Assembly (NCBI GenBank): GCA_965235115.1
Contig: OZ249436.1
Coordinates: forward strand, 35,094,001 to 35,158,000
Direction of reading: 5' to 3'
From: Laetmonice hystrix
Taxonomy: Eukaryota
Length of the DNA: 64,000 nt
Both the position numbers and the translations under genes were made by a program. Of the stretch, positions 55,557 through 64,000 are shown one piece after another. Every line of letters starts with the position of its first letter. Within the stretch, counting starts at the first letter, position 1. The notes below the pieces were generated by a model. That model did no database searches and had not been told where the DNA came from. It worked only from the letters and a program-made list of their open reading frames with translations.

Positions 55557-58500
55557 GGTTAACCAACAGCAACAAGGGTGGGGGTTGCAGAAGATAATTG
55601 CAGGTCACTAATTGATCCCTTAATTTATGTGCAGACCGCCACTGCCTGCCTGTCTGCGCTCCATCTATTAATAGGGTTGGGAGAGACATGTGCGGTCAGA
55701 CAACATGTGCAAGCATTTCAAAAACTTAGACCCCCTACATGTAACGAATGATTAGGCCTACTTCCTTTCATTATTAGAAGTCTCCTCAAAAGGTTTGATA
55801 CCAGGTAACAAAACTCGCAACGGCGATACGGCCATAATTGTGGTCAGTGTGAGCAAGGAGTATAGAATTCTATACTCGTTGGTGTGAGCAGGGGAGGCAG
55901 GCAGGCAGGCGGGCGGGCGTTCATTGCAGGGTGTCTGCTGCCAACATCCCCCATCTCTTTCCAACCGTCGCCTGCCCAAACTATAATGAGTATTGCCTTT
56001 ATATTTTAGAGGCCCGAAGCTTAACATGTTAGCAAGCTACTCCTAAAATTTCATGACGAAGGATGTGATAATGTCGGATATATACACATGCTCTACTTTT
56101 AGTCTACCATAGCGACCGTGTCCACGCAGGACTGACCCACATAAGAGAGGGAACATGTCACTAAGTAGGTCATCCATTAATCGTGAAATTCGCCGCCTGT
56201 CCTCACTATTTTGGTATATATTGAACTGCTGTCTTGTTAATTATAAATTTTGCTCATTGAAATTTATAATATAAAATAGCAGACACTTTAAAGTCCCTAC
56301 CCTATACATATTAAAGGGTGTGAGCTTACCATTCCGTCGCTAATGCAAATTACACAAATGACGTTGTAGATGACGTAAGAAGTCACGTGACACAAAAATT
56401 ATGATACCTAATTAAAGAGGCCACCAAAGTGTATCAGGTTCATGAACCATTATGCCTCTGTCTGGAGTCTTTCAAACGTTACAGCGATTATTCTCCGAAA
56501 AGACCCACATTCAAAACTTCAAGGTCACGTGGTTCTGTGAAAATAGATCAAATTGCTTATCCGCTGCTCTATTTTTTGAAGCTTTCATTGGAGAATATTT
56601 TTACCCTATATTATCAAATTTTACCCCAAAATGGGGAAGGATTTACGATTTAACCGATTTGTGACGTTTGACCCAGTTCTCCCTAAGGTCAAAGGCCAAA
56701 GGTCAAATTAAGGGTCATATTTAGGCAACACCCTTGCCTGATTATAGTGGCACGAGGTATTTTTAAAATTCCCGATATGGGCTGAGAAAATGGGCCTAAA
56801 TGTACAAAAGAAAATCTACGTCATAACGTCATGACATGACGTCATATGACGTCATGCTTCAAACTGGCATTTCTCTCTGGTGTCCTTAATATGCCTACCA
56901 AGTTTCGTATTGATATCTTGAAAAATGAGCGAGATATGATGCTATAAGGGAATGAGTCTAACTACTACAACCTACGGGAATAATACGGAAGATGAAACCA
57001 CACAATTTCAAAATCCCATCCCCTTGATGGGGGATGGGATAATAATACGGAAGACGAAACCATACAATTTTAAGATCCCATCCCCCTATCGGGGGGATGG
57101 GATAATAATAATAATAATAGTGTAGACGAAACCATACAAAATCAAAATCCCATTTCCCCGTCAGGGAAATGGGATAATAAGAATCTGACTTCGACATCTA
57201 ATCACGGAAAATTTCATTATTTTATCAGACATCCATTTTTATAAGGTTAAACATGTTATATTCTTCCTTTGTTATTTTTCCCTTCTTCTATTACTTTTAT
57301 TAAATCGAGAGACTTAATTCTGCTAGTACACGTATGAAACAGCCACCGACCTCATGACACATGTCCCTGACCGCCATAGTGAGCACCTCTCTCTGGTGGC
57401 TCAAGTCTTGGTCAGTCTTGCTGAAGCAACGTCGTCTGAGTGCAGTGACGAATTCATCGTCTGCAAACACGTGGGTGTAGAGGAAGAGCAAAGCCAGGTC
57501 AAACTGGCCGCCCCAAAGCTGTGTTCGTATGAAGGAGTCTAACGACTTGCCATCATCATTGTGTATTTGCCACAATGTCCCAAGGTATTCAGCCACATGG
57601 AGATGGACGAATCTGGCCAGTGTTCCACTTCGCCACAGTGACTCCACGCCACAGGTCTCTAAGGTTATCAGACCGCAACTTTGCCCTAATGCACGAGGAA
57701 TAGGGAATCCAGTAGCTAAACATTTGCTTGTATTGATAAAGGAAAACTGTATAAAGGCAACACTTTCATGTGTAGTTCTGGTAAGAGGTCAAAATTGTAA
57801 TCAGCCAATTAGCTTAGCCAGGTGGATCCGGCTAGAGTTCAGCGTGCAGGACCTCATTAGACAACATCTTTTCTCTCAGGGGTGCGTTTCTGTAAGGAAA
57901 GATGTCTTTGCGCAGCGTCTTTCAAAAGAGTCTTTTCGAAACCAGTGTTAAAGAATAGAGTGTTATAGAAAAACCACGTGGCTACAAAGACTCTTTGGGT
58001 TCAGCGGTCAGATGGTCTCAAAGAGTCTTTTGGGCTTTATAGAAACACCCCCCCCCCCCCGAGAGTTTGCCGAATTGACTCTCTTGGACCACCTAATTTC
58101 TAGATTTCTTCTTTAGATCAACCCCATACAAAATCCTGGATCCGCCCCTGATGGGTTAGGCCTGGGTGTGGGTGTGATTTAAAGGTGCTATTCGTCTCGC
58201 ACAGAATGGCATTTCTCCTATCATACATTGTGCACATAGTACTAGAAAAAATTCCTACCGATACCATTGGCCTGATAAACCTTCTATTAGTTTGTGTGCA
58301 GCATTTGAAACCTATCTCGGTGCGCACCGAGATAGAGCCATTTCCTATGGTGGGGCGTGTCAGGGCCTCCACAGGCCTTCTGAGAGAGCCCCATTTGTGC
58401 CGTTATCCATGAAAACTTTTGATTTCCTTTGTTGTGAATCTATTTCCAGGATAGGTGGGATCACATAAACGTTAACAAAATTAAAAATAAATTATTTTTT

Positions 58501-61500
58501 TTTACGAATAGCACCTTTAACGCATCATATCATTAGCATTGTATGGCCTATTTCAGACAGGGCAAGGCCACTGACAAGAAAATGTCTTCTCTAAAAACGA
58601 ACCTTTATCTCGGTCGACCCCACATTCCACCATGTCTTTATCTTCAAACTCGATTTGGACAGATACTCCCTTGAAGCCCATAGCGGCCATCCTTGCCAAC
58701 GATTGGACTAGGTTGGCGTGACGGTCAGCAACTCTCTCCGGGGAAGTTGGGCCACCGTCGACGGAGGATCGATCCAGATACCGCTACCAAATGACACGTC
58801 AACTGTTACTATAGCATCACACTGAATGACGACTCCAATATTACAAAATGGTTTTACTGTCTGACGCATTTTCCTAGATTTAGTGGAACATTAAGGTGCA
58901 GCAGAACTTCTCTCAGCTGCCTGTAACTTATTTTAAAAGTATGTACATGTACCTATATAGATAGGGCTAGACTGGTAGACACTACTTTAATTTTACAGCT
59001 TCGCAGTCTCTAAGGACGGATTAAGGCAGCCTGCATTAACATATAATTCTTTATTACAGTAGTCATAGAAATACATATCTATATCTCAGTCTATATAGTA
59101 GTCATAGAAATACATATCTATATCTCAGTCTATATCTATATCTCAGATAAAGATTAACAGAAGAAAATGGAATAAAATTATGGAGGTCAAGTAACTTGCA
59201 CCCGTAGGCCTATTCACAGTTGACGTTGAAAAGAAATCCGACATATATTTTTTCTAATCCAGCCGGTCCCATTTTTAAAGTCCATTACCAGATATTTTCA
59301 GTCAAACAAGCTATATCATTAATTATTTGACTTTACTAGAACACATAGGGGCCTACAGTCTACACGTATAATTTTGTTTGAAGCAGAAGTCTAACACAGT
59401 GATTGCGAAATCATAAATATAGAAAAGTTGCAGCCCCCCTATTTGTATCAATTTAGACGGCAGATTCCTTTCCTGAATTAATTATTTGAAAACAACGAGG
59501 GGTAGCTTTCCCCCCTTGTCCCCTGCTCGCCACGGCCACAAGTTCTTCCCATTTACTGTTAGATCAATCCTCACTACCGTTGTACCATAATATGGAAATA
59601 AATGTTTCACTCACTAATATGACGAATGCCAGGAAGCCTCCGTAGGTCCTGAGATTTTCGAGGTGACGTACATGTTCAGCAGGTATTCTACAGAGCTCTG
59701 CGCAATAGAAGGTGATGCAGCAAAGGGAATGCAGAACAGGATTCCCCAATATTTTCTCGAGAAGTGCTTCTCGGTTGCTTTGTGAAGTGAAGTGTTGTAC
59801 ATACTCGGCAACACCGTTAAGGGTCAGACCTTCTATTTCAAGTGTCCGTGTTGGATGGATGAGCTCGAGACCGTGGAATGGCCTGGAAACACAGAGCATG
59901 TTCATTTAACGACAATCTCTGGATGCATGGCCTCCACGGTGGGAATGTTCAAAGGCGGGAGCCGGAGGGGGGGGGACTCGGTATAACTTGACTCTAAAGA
60001 GAAACGGCCAGTCGTCTTCAAAAGAGGGGCACTGGTGGTTATAGACTAGTAACCATCTTTTCTGCATTTTCAGGAAGGGAATCACTACCCCCTGAATACG
60101 GATATCATTATGAACATTACTCATGAGGTTGCATTGGTGGCTATAGACACCGAAGTATTTATGACGACAAAAAATACATCGCTCAGCACAGATTGAAACA
60201 GAGGTTCTTAACATTGAAGATAGACTACTTCTGGTTTTATACCTTACCTGGAGAATACCACAACAGAAGCTTCCGGCAAAAGATTGCCTTGAAGCAAATT
60301 GGCAATGAGCTCATTCGCCTCAGCCATTTCGTCAAGACATGATATTATTCCACTCTCTCGATAAATCTCCCGGAAGTGAGACATTTCATCGAGACCATCT
60401 GAAATGAGTTTTAGGAATTGTTCTGTTGATATTTTAGGAAATTCAAGCAGAACCTTTTCACTAAAATGACTTAAAGGAAATAAACAAAAATGGTAACCAG
60501 AGAAAACCTCGAAATTTATTACGCTTACCTAGGAAAATAAGTATTCTCCTTCCATGACATTTGATCCATGTCTGGAAACACCTCGGTTTTTTCTCTAGTG
60601 TGGTAGGCGTTGAGTATGAGCTGTACTGGTACAGAAGATTCAGGAATGAAATCCTTTTCTTTAAATTCGCGATCCGCCGTACCCTGATCAAGTACACCAC
60701 GGTGAAGCCATCAGCCAGCTCACCACACGCCCATTTCTGACACAGCCACTGCGCCGTCGTTGTTTTTCCAACTCCGCCTCTTCCTACCACCAGGTGGCGG
60801 AATGATCCGTTTGAGGAGACCAGTTCCTCGGTTTTAACTTCATGTTTCGTGTATCTTGCCTCCTGTGGCAGACCTACGTGAGGAATACTCTGCCCTTGAA
60901 CGCCCGCCCCATGCACCTGCCTTTTTTCGGTAATGTCAAGTTGTACGTATTTGGACCAGGACTCAATCTTGGGGTCCTGCTCTCTATCCGGGATGTGTAC
61001 CCTGTCTCTGATTGCCTCTTTAACCACGTCTGGATACTTGCCCAATGCAAACTCTGTGCAAGATACAGACCGTCTTGTAACACAGTTATAAGAGGAAAAT
61101 AAAGTATAATATGATCACAATTAACCTACCCCATTCGTCTTTCTTGTTCTTCATGTAGGCTGTATACAGTAGCCCCGAGAGGACAAATATTATCAGCATA
61201 CCAACTAATAACATTGAAAATAGTTGAGCTGGTTAGCTGATTTGATGAAACTTGGAGATCTCCCAAGTTCCAGAAACTACCTGGGCATATCTATATTGAC
61301 TGGGTATAGTAACAACAAGACAAGACACATGGGGATGCAGGTTTAACCCTCCCCCATCCCCACACCTGCCCACACACCTGTCCCGCCGCTTATTACAGGT
61401 ATAGTCTCTTACTTATTTCGTTCTCAGTTGGCGCCCTATTTTGGAGCAGATGGAATAAATCTGGGTTTAGTCCAGCAAGTACCCGACAGAAGTCGTCAAA

Positions 61501-62503
61501 GTTGTGGTTCCTTTTTACTTCATCCAGGAGATCACCCGCACGGTCACGTTTGCTCTCCCTTTTGGTGCAGATTTTGTCTTTCATGTATTCCCCCCAATCT
61601 GTCGTCTGTGCCAAGGCTGCCAGTACATCGTCCACATGCATTTCCGCCACCAGTCTCACGCGCTTGCGTTTCAAACGGACCTGCCAGTCTAATTCCCCCT
61701 GTCACACATGCAGATAAAACAGACATAAGGATATAGGATAGCTAACCCTGGATTAGAAACTTGAATATTATTTTTAAAAAGTACAAGGAATCCTTGTAGC
61801 AATTTACGTATAATAAAAACGTAAAAATGGGGCAGGTTGAACCCCTACGTAAAGTTCCTACCTCGGTATTCTGTTCCTTCTCTGCCATGTTAGTAAGAGG
61901 CACGTTTTTAACGTCAGTTTCTTGTGTATCTGAAAACAATCAGAGGATGTAGGAGCTGGTCCTTTTCTAGGCCCTCTAGGCCTACAAAAATGACAAATGA
62001 CAAATGATTGACGAATGATTTATTTCTCTGAAGACCCCTTTCGGGTATGAGAGTAGGTTTGTAAACATAAACTAATAGATCAAATATAAGGTATAACTCA
62101 ACAGTAAATAAACTAATCCAAGCATAAGACAACTATAGCCTAGGTACCAACTAGAACAAAGACATTAAAGTTTTACAAAAATGGCAACATATAGTGGGAA
62201 AGGTTTGTTACAGGGCCTGATATCCAGACCATTTACACATTCAAGTATTAAACATATTCATTCGTTATTTCGCAATACCTTTCCAACTTCATCTCTTCAA
62301 AGGCAGAGAACCCCCACAGAGCTACATGACATGCGGCAAAAGCGCACACTCATTTCACAAAGTATGTGAATCACTATCAAAATATAATTGTATACAGTCC
62401 CATAAATTACAAGTAGGCCTTCAGTATATTTATTTAATCAAAAATTAAAATTAAAATTGCATTTGATTAATTGGATTATTTATTTATTTATTTATTTATT
62501 TAC

Positions 62504-62538
<35 letters not shown>

Positions 62539-62582
62539 TCTATTTATTTATGTAATATTAGCCTACCTTCATTGGATGTCAT
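31682..62582 (-). CDS. NOD-like receptor (CARD-like - NACHT - LRR), spliced gene of about 1230 aa; 3' end uncertain
   Basis: GT-AG exons joined by hand, all phase-compatible and stop-free: 62567-62582 (ATG with in-frame stop upstream), 61862-61929, 61413-61698, 60529-61053, 60248-60398, 59615-59882, 58603-58783, 57351-57685, 47292-47497, then 20 LRR exons from 46907 down to 31686. Read-through of the last exon reaches TGA at 31682-31684. Confidence 0.9.
31686..39996 (-). CDS. NLR LRR exons 11-20 (all 84 bp, mostly alternating A/B types)
   Basis: 39913-39996, 39394-39477, 38779-38862, 38260-38343, 34919-35002, 34414-34497, 33073-33156, 32634-32717, 32387-32470, 31686-31769. Examples: LKVSGIDGGSLVKLAESLESNSTMKTL and LTVTKTGSEGLDTLAKMLSRNRTVVNL. 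All have AG/GT borders and open junction codons. Confidence 0.87.
33426..33609. mobile_element. MITE specific to duplication copy 1
   Basis: CAGTGGCGGATC ... GATCCGCCCCTG, flanks CAGCG/CAGCC; empty site near 37110. Confidence 0.85.
34018..34334. mobile_element. MITE specific to duplication copy 2
   Basis: CAGACCCGTAGCC ... GGCTACGGGCCTG, TSD GGTGT; empty site near 32558. Confidence 0.85.
35116..36018. mobile_element. Non-autonomous Harbinger-like element, copy 1
   Basis: Ends TGGCTTAGTCCCACTGGG / CCCAGTGGGACCTAAGCA, flanks TAA/TTA; empty site CTAACGTG near 33266. Confidence 0.88.
36121..37050. mobile_element. Non-autonomous Harbinger-like element, copy 2 (inverted relative to copy 1)
   Basis: Ends TGCTTAGGTCCCACTGGG / CCCAGTGGGACTGAGCCA, perfect TAA TSD; empty site AGCTAAAGTC at 33361. 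Confidence 0.9.
37605..38136. mobile_element. TTAA-specific MITE (Kolobok-like AG...CT ends); right half duplicated at 38961-39270
   Basis: TTAA-AGGGGCATATTATGAA ... TTCATAGCATGCCCCT-TTAA. Confidence 0.8.
37827..40094. repeat. Recent 1134-bp tandem duplication carrying two LRR exons
   Basis: 37827-38960 versus 38961-about 40094, nearly identical; the junction lies at a (CCCT)n tract. Confidence 0.93.
40054..40183. repeat. (CCCT)n microsatellite
   Basis: Directly visible; shorter copy at about 38906-38960. Confidence 0.97.
40246..46907 (-). CDS. NLR LRR exons 1-10 (ribonuclease-inhibitor-like, one repeat per exon)
   Basis: Phase 2/2 exons: 46824-46907 (LEYCSLNHSSARPIADFLRENKTLKNL), 46287-46370 (LDFNMIADGGGEALLDALKANKSLKSL), 45898-45969 (72 bp), 45392-45460 (69 bp), 42849-42932, 41601-41684, 41199-41282, 40929-41012, 40611-40700 (90 bp), 40246-40329. 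The 72-bp and 69-bp exons are less certain. Confidence 0.85.
41795..42520. mobile_element. Non-autonomous DNA element with repeat-rich arms; related right arm at about 11800-12019
   Basis: TATAGCACCCTCAAATGT ... ACATTTGAGGGCGCTACA, with many AAATGTAAAA / TTTTACATTT subterminal repeats. Confidence 0.75.
43114..43272. mobile_element. Tourist/Harbinger-like MITE
   Basis: TAA-GGGGCCGATCAAACATTACGTAACG ... CGTTACGTAATTTTTGAACGGCCCC-TAA. Confidence 0.85.
43504..43922. repeat. 37-bp inverted repeat pair (MITE-like)
   Basis: CGCTCACGCTCCACTAGGCTACCCCTCTGCCACACAT and its reverse complement. Confidence 0.75.
45128..45310. mobile_element. Palindromic MITE
   Basis: ATTCTGTATCAGAC...CGGCAAGCGCGG is mirrored by CCGCGCTTGCCG...GTCTGATACAGAAT. 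Confidence 0.7.
47292..47497 (-). CDS. NLR HD2-to-LRR transition exon
   Basis: MMLIAHESQS...TLFIRFLPMTAVDCMAALSIANNHSYLTDL. Phase 0 to 2, linking the 57351 donor to the first LRR exon. Confidence 0.8.
47665..57175 (-). mobile_element. Nested cluster of four Helentron-associated (HINE/DINE-1-like) non-autonomous elements
   Basis: Four left ends (AACTAG + short hairpin + ATCCCAT(T/C) subTIR) at about 47665, 49102, 50609 and 53623. Four right ends (microsatellite + ATCCCAT...ATGGGAT palindrome) ending at 50608, 57040, 57103 and 57175. Confidence 0.75.
51259..52505 (+). mobile_element. 5'-truncated, degenerate CR1-group (Crack/L2-like) LINE reverse-transcriptase fragment
   Basis: LSPLFFLIYINDL...ILFADD, then LTWQSHIKYICNK...LYYSFLYPY...VWG...LQKKAIR; frameshifted; (AAACTC)n tail. 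Confidence 0.92.
57351..57685 (-). CDS. NLR winged-helix/HD2 exon
   Basis: SCGLITL...ARFVHLHVAEYLGTLW (F.H....E.L motif)...FDLALLFLY. Phase 1 to 0. Confidence 0.88.
58183..58516. mobile_element. TTAA-specific MITE (Kolobok-like)
   Basis: TTAA-AGGTGCTATTCGT ... ACGAATAGCACCT-TTAA. Confidence 0.82.
58603..58783 (-). CDS. NLR HD1/winged-helix exon
   Basis: RYLDRSS...LVQSLARMAAMGFKG..IEFEDKDMVECGVD. Phase 0 to 1, matching both neighbouring exons. Confidence 0.82.
59615..59882 (-). CDS. NLR NACHT/HD1 exon
   Basis: RPFHGLELIHPTRTLEIEGLT...VAEYVQHF...NPVLHSLCCITFYCAELC matches the NACHT 'lei.Gf' and 'lc.iP..c' regions, with the usual Pro replaced by Thr. Confidence 0.88.
60248..60398 (-). CDS. 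NLR NACHT exon completing Walker B and sensor 1
   Basis: Splicing yields ILIFL-DGLDE and LIANLLQGNLLPEASVVVFSR. TTTCAG acceptor, GTAAGG donor. Not in the ORF track. Confidence 0.92.
60529..61053 (-). CDS. NLR NACHT exon with Walker A
   Basis: HLVVGRGGVGKTTTAQWLCQKWACG...FTVVYLIRVR...RRILIFL. Phase-1 donor GTAAGC. Confidence 0.92.
61413..61698 (-). CDS. NLR exon encoding a CARD-like death-fold domain
   Basis: GELDWQVRLKRKRVRLVAEMHVDDVLAALAQ...SKRDRAGDLLDEVKR...FDDFCRVLAGLNPDLFHLL follows the CARD pattern (L..R..Lv..m.vddvL..L; r.dra..LLd.l; f..F...L). Acceptor TGACAG, donor GTAAGA. Confidence 0.75.
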
Positions 62583-63324
62583 CCTCGTTGTTTAAATTCC
62601 GTAGACGATTTGTTGCATTTTTTGTTGATATATCTGCCAGTCGTCACTGAAGGCAATATCAAGATGTAAAATATAGAATTTCACTGAACTATTAGAACCG
62701 TAGGATAAATAATCCAAGGAGCAAAACTCACACAGTGATAAAAGGTCTTGGCGACGCTATACTAGTATGAACCTGTTTGCATGTAACTTATAACTGAACT
62801 CGCCATGAAAAAAACAACAACCAGAGATACAACCATATCAACCATGAGAATGTCAGGTGATATTACGAGCACCATAGAAAGGCCTAGAAAATACAGCCTT
62901 GTCATGATAATGATGTCATGCGGCCTGTATTCGACCTGCTGAATATGTGCTTAATCTTATCATCGAAAGGTCGCACAATGATTGAGTACATTATAGACCG
63001 ACCGTTCACAATTCAAAAGTCCTAAACAAGTTGATTATCACTTGGTGTACGCAATGGGCCCTTGGGGAATTAGTTTAATCAGTTAGTAATTAGTATGTAA
63101 CTAACTACACTTCAGCTTGTCTTGATCATATGTGTTAGTTCGAGGGGGGGGGGGGTCATGCCTATAGGGGATAAGTAAAAACTTTCCTTCGCTAGTGTCT
63201 GGTACCCATTGACAATATACGAGCAATATATTTGTGTGTGACCTTATTAAACTAGGACTTTTCAAAAGAAAAAAAACATAAGTATAACCATAGACCAAGT
63301 CAACAATACACTTGAGATTTCACT

Positions 63325-64000
63325 CCCCAGATAGCACACAGGCTGGCACAGCCGATGGCCCACTGTTGGGCCACCCGTCAAAGCAGCGGCAGCCGTTGGT
63401 GGCCCACTGGTGGCGTGACCAGCTGGTAGCCGTTGGCCCACCGGTGTAGATCTAGCCACCGATGGGCCAACGTTGGCCCGCTGAAGACAAGATAGCACAC
63501 AGCCGATGGCCCACTGTTGGGCCACCCATCAAAGCACCATTGGCGCGCTGTCGGCAGCCGCTGGTGGCCCACCACGCCTCCGCGCCCGTCCACCCGCCCC
63601 GCGCCTGCGCCCGCGTCATGGAAACAGCTTCAGAGATACGTTAGATCAATTTTTTCCGCCCGCGCCCGCCTCCGCTTCATGGAAAAGCAGCTTTATCTCT
63701 GAAGTTGTTTCCATGACGCGGGCGCGGCCGCGATGCGGGCGGACAGGCGCGGAGGCGTTTTTTCGAATCGCTCATGTAGCGATTTTTCCCGCGCCCGCTT
63801 GCTGCCCGCGCGGTATTGCGTCATCATTTTCTGGGAATTCCCCTGCATGGTAACAATGAAATGATGGAGGTTGCAACGGGCTCCATGGATTGAAGACCCA
63901 AACCCGCGCCAAAACTCCCGCGTCTGTGCCCGTTTCCTGGAAACACAACGCCCGCACCCGTACCCGCGTCCGCCGCCGCCTCCGCGTCCGCATCCGCGTC
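63325..64000. mobile_element. GC-rich repetitive DNA-transposon-like sequence upstream of the NLR
   Basis: Starts CCCAGATAGCACACAG; internal direct repeats (GCCGATGGCCCACTGTTGGGCCACC twice); inverted repeat at about 63608-63725; runs off the window. Confidence 0.55.

Overview
Eukaryotic genomic DNA from a repeat-rich animal (invertebrate-like), with intron-containing genes on the minus strand that the ORF track shows only in fragments. (1) A spliced NOD-like receptor gene (CARD-like death fold, NACHT, LRR; about 62582 to 31682). I assembled it by hand into 29 phase-compatible coding exons (about 1230 aa). Twenty are symmetric phase-2/phase-2 LRR exons, 17 of them exactly 84 bp, and the array has grown through at least two visible tandem duplications. 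(2) Four 5' exons of a ClC-7-like chloride/proton exchanger gene (7618 to 1353, running off the left edge), with a U12-type minor intron. (3) Candidate exons of an unidentified gene, or a 3' extension of the NLR, between about 31.5 and 15 kb. Introns carry many non-autonomous DNA transposons, a SINE with a 12-bp TSD, a CR1-group LINE remnant, a probable LTR fragment, minisatellites, and a 9.5-kb nested stack of Helentron-type (HINE/DINE-1-like) elements. All gene models are manual predictions without transcript evidence. I found no CRISPR array, rRNA or clearly functional tRNA gene. The best candidate for something new is the expanding and apparently diversifying LRR exon array of the NLR.
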